A stretch of DNA of 53,401 nt from Pseudomonadota bacterium (GCA_043809315.1 JAZDDX010000022.1:1-53401); one strand, 5' to 3'. Numbered from the stretch's first letter, positions 30,032 to 40,518 are shown. The notes: generated from the letters alone by a model not told the origin. Made by a program: numbers and translations.

Positions 30032-30924
30032 GAACTCAGGTCTTCCAAGATGTCGATGGTAGGTTGAAACCCGATGGATTTCCGGGCTTTCGAAATATCC
30101 AAGAGAAAATCGAAGGAATCCGGCCGGGACCTGTCAAAACGGACCCGCGCGTTCTTCCCATACTTTTTTGCCAGAACATTCACGATATCCGTCAACGACA
30201 CGGCTCTTCCGCTGCCAAGATTCAGGACACCCTCTAGACGATCGTTCAACACGCGCGTTACCGCTGACACGAGGTCACTCACATGTAAATAATCTCTGGT
30301 TACCGCTCGTGAACCAAACAGAGTGATCTCTTTCTCGTTCTGGATGTCCCCCTGAAACATCTGGATCGCCTTGCTCAGATGCCCCCGATCGAAGATGCTG
30401 CTCAAACGCAGGATCCCCAGAGGAAACTTGTTATGTCCAGCCAACGAATACAACATTTTTTCACATAGAAGTTTTGAATATCCGTAAGCAGAAATCGGTT
30501 TCTCCGGGTGATTTTCACCCACCGGATTGGACAAAGGGATTCCGTACACCGACATCGTGCTCGCATAACAGAAATAGGAAATCCTCTCAGAAAGTGTCTC
30601 AATGAGATGAATTCCGGGAAGTACGTTGGCGTCGCTCACGCGCCAAAATTTTTCCGTGCATGGCGAGTAAGCATCCTCCTTCGTTCCGCAACAATGAAGC
30701 ACGGATAACCCACCGTCCGGACAGGCACGTGCAACCCGGCGGGCAGAGCCGGGGTCGCAGAGATCGGATTGGACATACGTGAATCTTATCGCGGGTAGAT
30801 CTTGAAACTCTTCCGGGCTGGAAACGCGGTCGACACAGATCACGTGGGTGCCGGCGTCTACCAAATGACGGGCCATTCTAGCTCCGATGAATCCGGCACC
30901 TCCGGTTATGAGAATTTTATTCAT
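30028..30924 (-). CDS. NAD-dependent epimerase/dehydratase (extended SDR)
   Basis: ITGGAGFIG, YASTMSVYG, YGYSK and RDYLHVSD motifs. Confidence 0.88.
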   Translation of the reverse strand: MNKILITGGAGFIGARMARHLVDAGTHVICVDRVSSPEEFQDLPAIRFTYVQSDLCDPGSARRVARACPDGGLSVLHCCGTKEDAYSPCTEKFWRVSDANVLPGIHLIETLSERISYFCYASTMSVYGIPLSNPVGENHPEKPISAYGYSKLLCEKMLYSLAGHNKFPLGILRLSSIFDRGHLSKAIQMFQGDIQNEKEITLFGSRAVTRDYLHVSDLVSAVTRVLNDRLEGVLNLGSGRAVSLTDIVNVLAKKYGKNARVRFDRSRPDSFDFLLDISKARKSIGFQPTIDILEDLSS

Positions 30925-30931
30925 CTGTAGA

Positions 30932-32179
30932 CTAGATTCTCTTCAAGAATCGTGCCCGGACAAGTTCCAGGTGTTTCTGCATCTTGGTGAAAATCACCTT
31001 TGTCGCAAAACGCTCGTTCAGGAGTCGCCTTCCTCGGTCCCCCATTACTCTCCGCATGTCGGGATCCCGATGGAGAAACCGAATCGCAAAACAAAATTCT
31101 TCGACAGATTCGGAATTGTAGGTCAATCCGCAGTTGTGCTCAGCTAGAAGATCCTTGAGTTCACCCTGAAGGCTCGACACTACCGGAAGGCCGCCACCAA
31201 AATACTCAAAGGGCTTGTTGGGAAGCGCCATCCGGACATTCTTTGCATAAGGTGCGAGCCCCACATGCGACATCTCCATGAGCGATGCGATCTGCGGAGC
31301 GTTCACCCAACCGGGGAAGATCACCGATGGTACCCCCTTTGCGAGCGATTTGGTTTCCGCAAGCATTTTTCCATGCCCACAGATGACGAATTTCACCGAA
31401 AATTCTTTTTCCAACACTTTTGCTGCGTTCACCACGGTCCGAAGATTCAACCGATTGTTGATCGCGCTAAACAAACACCCAACAAACGATTTGCCATCGA
31501 TTCCCTGGGCATTCCACCACTTCGTGGCTTCAGCGACCTTCCCCGGGTCATTCTGGGTGGATGAATAGCCCAAGGGAAATACGCCGTCGTTCTCGCTCAC
31601 ACCACGACCGGCGAACTTCAGGCCGTATTCCAGTTGCCGTTTTGAGATCGCCATGATCCCTGTCACATTCCGGCAGATGAAACGCATCTTTCTGAAATAT
31701 CCATCCAGCGCAATCCGACCCAACCACTGCACGGGCCGTGGAAATCCATAGAGAAACTCATCGGGCCATTCATCACGAATATCGGTCAATACCGGGATTC
31801 CGTTTTCCAGACCGAACCGGACGGCGGCCGCCGCGACCTCGAGTGTCGGAACAGGGCTAACGATCAAATCGGGGCGTTCCCCCTTCCGTGCTTCGTCGAA
31901 AAACCGCCGCGCAAAGTGGGCGTGATGTTGAAACCGGGCCAACGAGATGTTCCGTTTGTATCCCAACCCCTTCAGGATGCGCAGCGTTACGCCGTTAATT
32001 TTCTCTTCCCAATCGTCGTCACATACGAAAATTTTTGGCGTGTGGCTGAAATTGGATGTCCACCAAGTCACCTTGTGGCCTGCCGAAGCCAGAAGTGGGG
32101 TGAGCATTCCGTACCGATGAAGGCGAGCGTCGCGCTCCATCGGAAGAGGTTCTCCTATTTCAGTAAACCAGATTCTCAC
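30932..32179 (-). CDS. Glycosyltransferase family 4
   Basis: DIRDEWPD and ALPNKPFEYFGGGLPVVSS. Start chosen at GTG 32179 (MRIWFTEIGEPLP). Confidence 0.88.
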   Translation of the reverse strand: MRIWFTEIGEPLPMERDARLHRYGMLTPLLASAGHKVTWWTSNFSHTPKIFVCDDDWEEKINGVTLRILKGLGYKRNISLARFQHHAHFARRFFDEARKGERPDLIVSPVPTLEVAAAAVRFGLENGIPVLTDIRDEWPDEFLYGFPRPVQWLGRIALDGYFRKMRFICRNVTGIMAISKRQLEYGLKFAGRGVSENDGVFPLGYSSTQNDPGKVAEATKWWNAQGIDGKSFVGCLFSAINNRLNLRTVVNAAKVLEKEFSVKFVICGHGKMLAETKSLAKGVPSVIFPGWVNAPQIASLMEMSHVGLAPYAKNVRMALPNKPFEYFGGGLPVVSSLQGELKDLLAEHNCGLTYNSESVEEFCFAIRFLHRDPDMRRVMGDRGRRLLNERFATKVIFTKMQKHLELVRARFLKRI

Positions 32180-32344
32180 TCTGCAATACTTCCTGGCATA
32201 CAATCGAACCAGATGACATGATCTAGAAAAAGAAATCAATTAATGGCGTGAGTGGACTTCCCTTTGACCTTCTGGCAACAAGCGATCGCTGGACTTCAAT
32301 GAATAGAACTGACGCACTCATCCGGATCTCGAGGACTTCCCAGA

Positions 32345-33694
32345 TTGACTAACACGCTTGGAATCTTGGACGGTCCGATCAACTCTTACCTGCTCTTCAA
32401 TCTCGCGTTAACTCTCTTGAGTAGCTTCTGGATCGGTTTTCTTTTCTTCAGAGCTCGATACCTCTTTGTAAAGCCTAGCGTTTTTGTACTTTCCTATTTC
32501 AATATTTTTGCGCAGTGGCCCTCGGTTCTCATCGCACACTATGTTGAGGAATCTCTGCCGAATCCATATGCCGTTTCCCTCCTGATCCATGGATACGTTT
32601 TCGTCGGACTCTTCACCACGAGCCGGACCTGGAAGCATTCCGCAAAAGACGCCTGGCAGAGAATTCACGACTGGAATCCCGATCCATCGAGTTCTCGGTC
32701 GATCATGCTGCTGTTGGCGTCGCTGCTTGTGTTGGGGGTCGGATATTATTTGTCCTACGTGCCCCTCTCGCAAACAGGGCTTTGGGTGATTTTCACGGAT
32801 CCTGTCTCATCGGTCATGGCGCGCGAGGAGTCGTTGAAGCTGCTGGAGAATGTGCTTCCCGCGTACATATACAGCTTAACGGTTTCGTCGGTCATCCCTC
32901 TCCTTTCAGTCTTCTTTGCCATGGAACTCTTTCGAAATTTTGGCCGCAGACGTTTTGCCGTTTTCGTCGTCTATTTCGGCTTACTGGCGATCGTCGGGGT
33001 CCTTGCCAGCCTGACCGGTGCACGTTCCAGCCTGGTGACCGTAATCTTGGTCGTTATTTTCACTCGACTCTGGATGAAACAACTTTCCATGAACGTCGCC
33101 AAAATCGCCCTACTTCTCGCTCTGGCACTTATCCCCGCCGTCCTTCTGAGCCTTCTTCGTGAAGGAGTCGAATATAGCGAATTCAATAGCCTCCTCGGGG
33201 AGTATTTCGGCAGTCTTGTGGAACGCACGTTCATCACCCCTTATGTCGTGGGGTTGTGGTATCTCTACCACGCTCAAATGTTCGGACCCGTGGGCCTAGC
33301 AAGCATCCCAAAACTCGCCACCCTCCTTGGAATCCCGCCGATCGATCTGCCCAACGTGATCGGACTCATCTATGCACCTCTCTCCGGAGCAACCGTGGGA
33401 GAGACGATTAGCGCCCCGGCCGGCTACCTTTTTACCCAGTTTTGCAACTTTGGAGTCGTTTCCTTTCCCTTTAGTCTCTTATGTTTATGGATTCTTGATG
33501 TTGCGGTTCCACTTTACGCGCGACTTTCAGATGTTCTGTTGTTGCCGACGATCGTCTGTCTTAGTGTGGTTGCCATTCAATTCCTCCAATCGGACTTTAC
33601 CGTTGTCCTTGTGACACACGGGTTCGCCATCATATTGGCTTTGAGCTACATCATTTCTCGGGTCCTGCCGGATCGGTCTCACTGTACCAGCTAG
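32345..33694 (+). CDS. wzy: Polytopic membrane protein, probable Wzy O-antigen polymerase
   Basis: 449 aa with roughly 10-12 hydrophobic segments and TGARS; context of wzx and wzz. Confidence 0.65.
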   Translation: MTNTLGILDGPINSYLLFNLALTLLSSFWIGFLFFRARYLFVKPSVFVLSYFNIFAQWPSVLIAHYVEESLPNPYAVSLLIHGYVFVGLFTTSRTWKHSAKDAWQRIHDWNPDPSSSRSIMLLLASLLVLGVGYYLSYVPLSQTGLWVIFTDPVSSVMAREESLKLLENVLPAYIYSLTVSSVIPLLSVFFAMELFRNFGRRRFAVFVVYFGLLAIVGVLASLTGARSSLVTVILVVIFTRLWMKQLSMNVAKIALLLALALIPAVLLSLLREGVEYSEFNSLLGEYFGSLVERTFITPYVVGLWYLYHAQMFGPVGLASIPKLATLLGIPPIDLPNVIGLIYAPLSGATVGETISAPAGYLFTQFCNFGVVSFPFSLLCLWILDVAVPLYARLSDVLLLPTIVCLSVVAIQFLQSDFTVVLVTHGFAIILALSYIISRVLPDRSHCTS

Positions 33695-33757
33695 GGCATG
33701 AAGATCGGCTGCGGAGGCTTTGACATCTCGTGGATCATCACCTAAGGACCATTTGAC

Positions 33758-34678
33758 ATGACAACGATTGCTGATGTCACACGGTTCCTGAGCCGGGAAA
33801 GTCTCCTCACTTCGTCCTTTGGAAGATCGGGCCCATCGGTCGAAATATCGACGCTTGCGGGCGATCAGGATGCCCGCCAGGGAGCGTTGGCGTGGATCTC
33901 CCCGAAGCAGCACGAAAAGGACCCTGGCCGGTGGAAAAAGTTCGAAGGTTCTGCTCTCATTCTACCAACGGCAGTCGAACCGGACGATACCGTCTCCTTT
34001 GCCGCCTTGGGGTGCCCTAACCCAAAGCTCGCATTCATCCGAATCGCAAACGAGTTCTTCCCAAGTTTGCTTGACGTGGTCCTTCCACTTCATGACCAGC
34101 CAGCGATTTCACCGGCCGCGCATTTGGGTAACCGGATATTCCTTGGTGTCGGAACCGTCATCGCCGGGACCGTGGAACTCGGCGACGATGTCCGGATCGG
34201 ACCCAACACGGTCCTTGCGAATTGCAGGATCGGAAATCGAGTTCGAATCGGGGCAAACTGCACGATTGGGTTGCCGGGTTTCGGCTACGAGAAAGACGAA
34301 GAAGGACGCTTTTGGCGTTTCCCGCATCTCGGCAACGTGAGAATCGGCTCGGACGTCGAGATCGGATCTAATACCTGCCTGGATCGTGGGTCCTTGGGTG
34401 ACACCGTGATAGGGGACGGGTGCAAGATCGACAATCTCGTTCACATCGCCCACAATGTCGTTCTTGGAAGAAACACCGTCGTAATCGCCAACTCGATGCT
34501 CGGCGGAAGTGCTGTTATCGGTGACGGGGTTTGGATCGCCCCCAGTGTATCCGTCCTCAATCAACTGACCGTTGGCGACTCATCGACTTTGGGCATGGGG
34601 GCGGTAGTTCTTAAGAACGTCCAAGCTTCCAAAGTGATCGTGGGAAACCCCGGTCGTGAGCTTGGGAAGAGAGATTAG
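33758..34678 (+). CDS. LpxD-like hexapeptide N-acyltransferase
   Basis: NPKLAF, GLPGFGY, FPHLGNV.IG.DVEIGSNT..DRG and KIDNLVHIAHN motifs. Confidence 0.85.
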   Translation: MTTIADVTRFLSRESLLTSSFGRSGPSVEISTLAGDQDARQGALAWISPKQHEKDPGRWKKFEGSALILPTAVEPDDTVSFAALGCPNPKLAFIRIANEFFPSLLDVVLPLHDQPAISPAAHLGNRIFLGVGTVIAGTVELGDDVRIGPNTVLANCRIGNRVRIGANCTIGLPGFGYEKDEEGRFWRFPHLGNVRIGSDVEIGSNTCLDRGSLGDTVIGDGCKIDNLVHIAHNVVLGRNTVVIANSMLGGSAVIGDGVWIAPSVSVLNQLTVGDSSTLGMGAVVLKNVQASKVIVGNPGRELGKRD

Positions 34679-34689
34679 GTAGGCCAGAC

Positions 34690-35343
34690 ATGGAACCGAC
34701 AGAGCTTTTTTTTGGTCGCGTTGCAAGAACACTCGTCCTGTGTGCGCATACGGATGATGAAATCGGATGTGCTGGGACTATCATTCGGCTTGGGGCGGCC
34801 CGATCCGAAATCCTCTACATCGCACTTAGCCGATGTGAGGCTTCCGTCCCCGCGGGATATCCCAAAGATATCCTAGAGATCGAGTGCCGACGTTGCCTGG
34901 AAACGCTCGGCGTAAAGAAAGGCAACATCGATATCTGGGATTACCCCGTGCGACATTGTCCGGAGCACCGGCAAGAAATTCTCGAGCGCTTGTATAAACT
35001 CAACCAAGAATTTCATCCGGACCTTGTCCTGATGCCAACCTCCTACGATCACCACCAGGATCACGTGACCGTATATGCAGAGGGGCTCCGCGCCTTCAAG
35101 CACTCCACGCTCCTGGGATACGAACTTCCCCAGAATGTAACCTGTTTCGAGAACGAGCTTTTCGTGCTGTTGTCCGAGGAACAGGTGACAACCAAGATCA
35201 AGGCTTTGTCGAAATATGAGTCTCAGGTCTTTCGGAGGCACTCCGATCCCGAGTATGTTCGGGGCCTTGCCTTGGTGCGAGGTGTTCAGTGTGGAAGCAC
35301 TTATGCCGAGGCGTTTGAGGCCATTCGCCTGATCGTCCGGTAG
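34690..35343 (+). CDS. PIG-L/LmbE-family N-deacetylase
   Basis: AHTDDEIGCAG, DHHQDH and YAEAFE motifs. Confidence 0.88.
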   Translation: MEPTELFFGRVARTLVLCAHTDDEIGCAGTIIRLGAARSEILYIALSRCEASVPAGYPKDILEIECRRCLETLGVKKGNIDIWDYPVRHCPEHRQEILERLYKLNQEFHPDLVLMPTSYDHHQDHVTVYAEGLRAFKHSTLLGYELPQNVTCFENELFVLLSEEQVTTKIKALSKYESQVFRRHSDPEYVRGLALVRGVQCGSTYAEAFEAIRLIVR

Positions 35344-35355
35344 TCTTCGCGGCCC

Positions 35356-36495
35356 GTGCACGTCGTTCACCTCACATCCGCTCACTACGCCGGTGAGACC
35401 CGCATTTTTCAGAAAGAGTGCACCTCGCTCGTAAAGGCGGGGTATCGCGTTTCCGTTGTGGTTCCGAATCCGCATGACGAGACCATCAACGGGATCAAGG
35501 TATGTGCCGTTCCCATTCCCCAGGGCCGTCTGGAACGGATGACTCTGACGACATGGTATGTTCTTTGGCGTGCCCTGCGATTAAGAGGGGATTGTTATCA
35601 TTTTCACGATCCCGAACTCATTCCCGCCGGGATCATTCTGAAATTTTTCGGTCGGCGGGTCATCTACGACGTGCATGAGGATGTGCCGGCGAGCATTCGA
35701 TCGAGGGATTATATTCCACGCCCCCTGAGATGGACGATCTCGGCATGCATGACAATTCTGGAGAAAATCATTGGCCTTCTTTTTGATGCATTCTGTGCCG
35801 CCACGCCATCCATCGCTCGACGTTTTCCAAAGCACAAGACAACAACTCTTCAAAATTTCCCTCTTCTGGGTGATACTTATAGGATTGCAAAATCTGTAAC
35901 CGACTCTGCCACCCATCATCGGATCGTGTATACGGGGAACATCGCCCGAGAGCGGGGAGCAGTCGAGATGGTCCGGGCGATGGCTCGCGTAAACCGGGAA
36001 ATCCCCGCGACTCTCACTCTTGTAGGTCGTTTTAGTCCGCCCGCCTTGGAGCAGGAAATCCGGCAGATGTCCGCATTCGAGCATGTCGATTTCCTCGGTT
36101 GGCGGTCTTATGCCGAGGCGAACGAAGTCATGGAGGGGGCAAGTGTCGGACTCGTCCTTTATCATCCGGCGCCCAATCACACGGAAGCCATGCCTAACAA
36201 AATGTTCGAGTACATGGGGGTCGGCATTCCCGTCATCGCCTCGTTTTTTCCGCTGTGGAAATGGATTGTTGAAGAGGCGCGCTGTGGCCTGGTGTGCGAC
36301 CCGTGCGATCCACAGGCCATCGGCGACGCCATTCTCTGGATCCTCAAACACCGGGCCGAAGCGCACGAAATGAGTCTTCGAGGAATGGAGGCAGCCCGGA
36401 CGAAATACAATTGGAGTGCCGAGGAGACCAAGATGCTCGAGCTCTATGACCGCATCCTTCACCACCCGGGACCTCTGCCGGCACGTTCCACGTAA
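35356..36495 (+). CDS. Glycosyltransferase family 4
   Basis: YHFHDPEL, IYDVHED and PNKMFEYM..GIPVIAS motifs. Confidence 0.9.
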   Translation: MHVVHLTSAHYAGETRIFQKECTSLVKAGYRVSVVVPNPHDETINGIKVCAVPIPQGRLERMTLTTWYVLWRALRLRGDCYHFHDPELIPAGIILKFFGRRVIYDVHEDVPASIRSRDYIPRPLRWTISACMTILEKIIGLLFDAFCAATPSIARRFPKHKTTTLQNFPLLGDTYRIAKSVTDSATHHRIVYTGNIARERGAVEMVRAMARVNREIPATLTLVGRFSPPALEQEIRQMSAFEHVDFLGWRSYAEANEVMEGASVGLVLYHPAPNHTEAMPNKMFEYMGVGIPVIASFFPLWKWIVEEARCGLVCDPCDPQAIGDAILWILKHRAEAHEMSLRGMEAARTKYNWSAEETKMLELYDRILHHPGPLPARST

Positions 36496-36530
36496 AGCTC
36501 TTGACCAGGCAGGATGAGAGGAGCAATTGT

Positions 36531-37448
36531 ATGGTCCCTATGCCCGAATCTCCCAGGACCGGCGCTTATTCGGTGGAACAACTAAAGACACAGATCCGAG
36601 CCTTGGGTGTGAAGTCGGGAGACGTGATTCTAGTACGTGCCGGCCTCAAACAATTGGGACCGACGGCTGAGTCGCCCGGGCCTGTTCTGGTCAGGGCGCT
36701 CTACGAAGCGGTCGGGGACAACGGTGGAATCGTCGGCTTGGCGTTCACGAAGGGACACTTCAGGCCGAAAGTCGAGAAATCTTTTCTGTTTACGCGTGAT
36801 CTTAAAGCAATCACCGGTGGATTCGCCAATTCCCTTCTCAGATGGCCGGGAGCCGTCCGAAGTGATCATCCGACGAATTCCTTCGTTGCGATCGGGCGTG
36901 GTGGAATCGCAATGATCCGGGGTCACGATGCGACGGCCTCTTGTTTCTTCCCCATCGCTTCCTTGGTTCGGCAAAAAGGAAAACTACTTCTGATCGGTTG
37001 CGTTCGGGAAAGCCCCGGCTTCAGCACAGTGCATTGGGCCCAATACATTCTCGGACTATCCACCCGGAGTATTTTGCGCCGGCTCTTTGGGGCCGCTTAT
37101 GCCGACGCCGACGGAAAGCTTCACGTCTTTCGAAAATCCGACGTCCCGGGATGCAGTCAAGGATTCTCCAAATTTTACAGGCTCTATATAGAAGCCGGCT
37201 TGTTGACCGCCGGGTTCATCGGAGACGCATACTCCATCCTGATCGACGCTGAAGAAGCACTGGATCTCGAACGACGTGTCTTGGAGACGGATCCGCGCTT
37301 TGCTTTATGCGAATGTCCCGATTGCTTTGATTGCCGGGGAACCTGGCTTTACAACAAACGTTCCTGGCTTCCGTTCTACGCATTTCATTTCCCGGCCGTT
37401 CTTTTCCGAAATTGGAAAAAGCTCCGGAGGAGGGCAGATTCTGAGTGA
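36531..37448 (+). CDS. AAC(3)/Antibiotic_NAT-family N-acyltransferase
   Basis: LGVKSGDVILVRA, TGGF, RSDHPTNSFVAIG, LLIG...STVH and a C-terminal Cys cluster. ATG 36531 has a GAGGAG SD. Confidence 0.8.
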   Translation: MVPMPESPRTGAYSVEQLKTQIRALGVKSGDVILVRAGLKQLGPTAESPGPVLVRALYEAVGDNGGIVGLAFTKGHFRPKVEKSFLFTRDLKAITGGFANSLLRWPGAVRSDHPTNSFVAIGRGGIAMIRGHDATASCFFPIASLVRQKGKLLLIGCVRESPGFSTVHWAQYILGLSTRSILRRLFGAAYADADGKLHVFRKSDVPGCSQGFSKFYRLYIEAGLLTAGFIGDAYSILIDAEEALDLERRVLETDPRFALCECPDCFDCRGTWLYNKRSWLPFYAFHFPAVLFRNWKKLRRRADSE

Positions 37449-38893
37449 GATTCGACGATCCGTTTGTGGGTTATCTGGTCGATCAAGTCGGCCTACACGC
37501 TCACCTGTTTCTGGAAGATAATCGGGCGGCCGCCGCACTCCGTCGAAATCTTTGCTTTCTTCGATGGTCGGACTTGGCGACTCCCCCGAAAGCCAAGATC
37601 TTGGTCCCCATTGATGCTCCGGAGATGCCTGAGAGCTCACCCCCATGGAGAATTCCATTCAATGAGACTCAGGTGACGCTTCGGAATCGAGTTCCTCGGC
37701 CCAGCAATCAATGGTCCTTCTTTCCGAACGAACAGAGCCCGCTCTGGCTTGTCCATCGGGAATCCAGGAGTCTGCTGCCTGCCTGGGATTGGTTTCGGAA
37801 TTCCGTTCGTTCCCTCACCTATTCCGACGAGAACCTTGACCTGGGTCGGGATCGACATGGGCGGGCCCTCAGCACCTTGCACGAACGTGTGCGGGCGGGG
37901 ACCGAATGCGTCCCGGAGTTCAATGAGGCCGTGGCCCTGTTGTCGGCGGCAGCCTTGGTTCTCAATGCGAACCAAGACATGGAAAAGGCTCTCCGCCTGC
38001 CGCGACGTCTTCGAACGATCGTAATTCTTTCGCACGACTGCGACATCCTCAGGGGCAACGACCACTGGACTCAGATGATCCGTTTCTACCGGATGCTATC
38101 CCCGGTGTTGAAAGGAAAGGCGCCCGACTTTCACCAGCTTTCTTGGATCGGTGAAAACTTGATTCATCCGAGACGTTATTATTTTGACGACGTTTCGGGG
38201 TATATGGAGCTAGAGCGTGCAGCGGGGTTTCAGTCGGTTTTCTACGCGTTGAACGGAAGACACGGCCGGTTTGGAGCCAGATCCGGGAGCCAAATCTCAC
38301 GGGAACTCGCGTCTTTCGTCACGGAGCCCTTTGAACTCGGGATGCATTACAACCATGATACGTTTCTGAATCCTTCCGCGTTCGAGCTTCAGCGGAAAAC
38401 GCTTGAAACGTGGTCAGGGAGGCCCATCCGATCCGGGCGTGCCCATTACCTAAGATTTGATCCACTTCGATCGCCGGCCTTTCTTGAAAACCAGGGAATT
38501 CAATTTGACGAGAGTGTCGGTTTTCCTGACCGAATCGGGTTCCGAATGGGTATTGCCGGAGTAATTCGCCTTTTCGACGTAATACATAAATCGACGACAC
38601 GAACACTGGAGTGTCCAATCGCCGTGATGGACTCAGCACTTGTTCATCAGTTTGGAAAGAACTCCGTCGCCACTTTTGAAGAACTCGTTCGGCACATCGC
38701 CCATGTGGGCGGCATCGTTTCCCTTCTTTTCCATCCTGGCTGTCTCCGGAACCCGGAGTATCCGGAACTGAACGGGCTATATCCACGGCTGTTGGATGTG
38801 CTCGCAAAGCACGGATTTGAGTCGACCACTCCTTCGCGTATGATCGCCGAAGTTCGAGCTTACGAGGCTCTTGGAGGATCCAAGCATGAATGA
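37445..38893 (+). CDS. Polysaccharide deacetylase-like protein (CE4/NodB-like fold)
   Basis: LSHDCD, ELGMHY, SGRAHYLRF, DESVGF...GFR.G, MDSAL and LLFHP motifs. Confidence 0.75.
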   Translation: MRFDDPFVGYLVDQVGLHAHLFLEDNRAAAALRRNLCFLRWSDLATPPKAKILVPIDAPEMPESSPPWRIPFNETQVTLRNRVPRPSNQWSFFPNEQSPLWLVHRESRSLLPAWDWFRNSVRSLTYSDENLDLGRDRHGRALSTLHERVRAGTECVPEFNEAVALLSAAALVLNANQDMEKALRLPRRLRTIVILSHDCDILRGNDHWTQMIRFYRMLSPVLKGKAPDFHQLSWIGENLIHPRRYYFDDVSGYMELERAAGFQSVFYALNGRHGRFGARSGSQISRELASFVTEPFELGMHYNHDTFLNPSAFELQRKTLETWSGRPIRSGRAHYLRFDPLRSPAFLENQGIQFDESVGFPDRIGFRMGIAGVIRLFDVIHKSTTRTLECPIAVMDSALVHQFGKNSVATFEELVRHIAHVGGIVSLLFHPGCLRNPEYPELNGLYPRLLDVLAKHGFESTTPSRMIAEVRAYEALGGSKHE

Positions 38894-39302
38894 CCTCAAC
38901 TCAATGGTCGGAAAACAGGCAAGTCGATCCCGTCGATTCGGGCGGCCCGAGGTCGACACGTTCGGGAATCTGTCGGGCGATCTCAACCCCCTTCACTTCG
39001 AAACGGACGCGGCTCGGCAGTCCCGTTTCAAACAACCGATCGTCCACGGCATGCTGACCGCGAGTTTGATCAGTTCCGTGATCGGACAGGACCTTCCGGG
39101 CCCAGGAACGGTATATGTGAGCCAAACCCTGCAATTCCGTGCGCCTGTTTTCATCGGCGAAACCGTGACCGCGAAGGTTGAGGTGATTGCCGTCCGTCCG
39201 GACAAACCACTGCTGACTCTTAAGACCACCTGCACCGCCGGAGACGGACGGGTCGTCCTGGAAGGAGAGGCCGTAGTTTGGTTTGATCCGTCCCACGCAT
39301 GA
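38886..39302 (+). CDS. MaoC/PhaJ-family (R)-specific enoyl-CoA hydratase
   Basis: SGDLNPLH, IVHGMLTASLIS...LPGPG and QTLQFRAPVFIG motifs. Confidence 0.9.
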   Translation: MNDLNSMVGKQASRSRRFGRPEVDTFGNLSGDLNPLHFETDAARQSRFKQPIVHGMLTASLISSVIGQDLPGPGTVYVSQTLQFRAPVFIGETVTAKVEVIAVRPDKPLLTLKTTCTAGDGRVVLEGEAVVWFDPSHA

Positions 39303-39360
39303 ACGATTTTTGAACATTGGACAGTCTTTGTCGATCGGGTTAAAAAACCGCCTCTAGATC

Positions 39361-40518
39361 ATGGAACGCCCTTATCAAATCTGCACGCGTTGTATCATGG
39401 ACACGACCGACGCGGAAATCGACTTCGATGCAGACGGGGTTTGTAGTTATTGCCATACGTTTGAGAAAAACACCTACCCCATAATCGCGAGGACGAAGAC
39501 CAAGGAAGGGGAGGAGACGCTTCGACAGATCGTCCGTCAAATCAAAGAATGCGGCAGAAATCGTTCCTACGATTGTTTGATTGGACTCAGCGGGGGAGTC
39601 GACAGTTCTTATTTGGCTTATTTGGTGAAGACGCTCGGGCTCCGTCCGCTTGCCGTCCACTTTGACAGTGGATGGAACTCCGAACTCGCCGTCAACAACA
39701 TTGAAAATATCGTCAAACGTCTCGGGATCGATCTCTACACCTGGGTTGCGGACTGGGAGGAGATGAAGGATCTACAGTTGGCCTTCTTTCGAGCGTCTCT
39801 CGCGAACTGCGACATACCGCAGGATCACGCGTTTCTTGCGGCCATCTATCACGTGGCCGCGGCAAAGAATATTAAGTACGTTTTACCAGGGGGGAATCTC
39901 GCGACGGAGTCGATTCTCCCGCCTTCCTGGGGTTACAATGCGGGCGATGCGCGACATGTGAAGGCGATTCAAAAACGATTCGGCACGAGGAAGCTCCGCA
40001 AATATCCGATGTTCAGCGTGTTCCAGCGTTACATCTATTATCCCTTCATCAAGGGGATCCGGACGGTACGACTGCTCAATTATGTGCCCTACAACAAAGG
40101 AGAGGCGATTCGGGTCATCACCAAGGAATTGGATTGGCGCTCATACGGGAACAAACATTATGAATCGTTCTTTACGCGGTTTTTTCAGTCTTATTATCTC
40201 CCGACCAAGTTCGGCTACGACAAGAGAAAGGCACATTATTCAAGCCTGATCGTCTCCGGTCAGATGACTCGAGACGAGGCTATAAAAGAGATGGAAAAAC
40301 CTCTCTTTACGCCGCAGCAAGCGAAAGAGGACCTGGAATTCGTGGCGAAGAAACTCGGAGTCTCCGTGCAGGAATTCGAAGAGATCCTCGCACTCCCAAA
40401 AACATCAGCAGAAGATTATCCTTCGCTCGCCTGGCTGTTTTCGTTGAAGAACTGGAGCACCGCTAAACTCAGAGGGTTTCGGTTCACGAAAGCGATTCTG
40501 GATAAAAGACACACGTAG
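39361..40518 (+). CDS. wbpG: N-acetyl sugar amidotransferase (WbpG/WbuX family)
   Basis: YQICTRCIMDTTD, YDCLIGLSGGVDSSY, DSGWNSELAV.NI, PQDHAF and KHYES motifs. Confidence 0.9.
   Translation: MERPYQICTRCIMDTTDAEIDFDADGVCSYCHTFEKNTYPIIARTKTKEGEETLRQIVRQIKECGRNRSYDCLIGLSGGVDSSYLAYLVKTLGLRPLAVHFDSGWNSELAVNNIENIVKRLGIDLYTWVADWEEMKDLQLAFFRASLANCDIPQDHAFLAAIYHVAAAKNIKYVLPGGNLATESILPPSWGYNAGDARHVKAIQKRFGTRKLRKYPMFSVFQRYIYYPFIKGIRTVRLLNYVPYNKGEAIRVITKELDWRSYGNKHYESFFTRFFQSYYLPTKFGYDKRKAHYSSLIVSGQMTRDEAIKEMEKPLFTPQQAKEDLEFVAKKLGVSVQEFEEILALPKTSAEDYPSLAWLFSLKNWSTAKLRGFRFTKAILDKRHT

Noticed and set aside
32254-32339. Three GGACTTC copies upstream of wzy
   Set aside because: 7-mers with uneven spacing (37 and 42 nt); could be chance.
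33758-34678. Canonical lipid A lpxD
   Set aside because: No bamA/skp/fabZ/lpxA context, short C-terminus, and embedded in a glycan operon.
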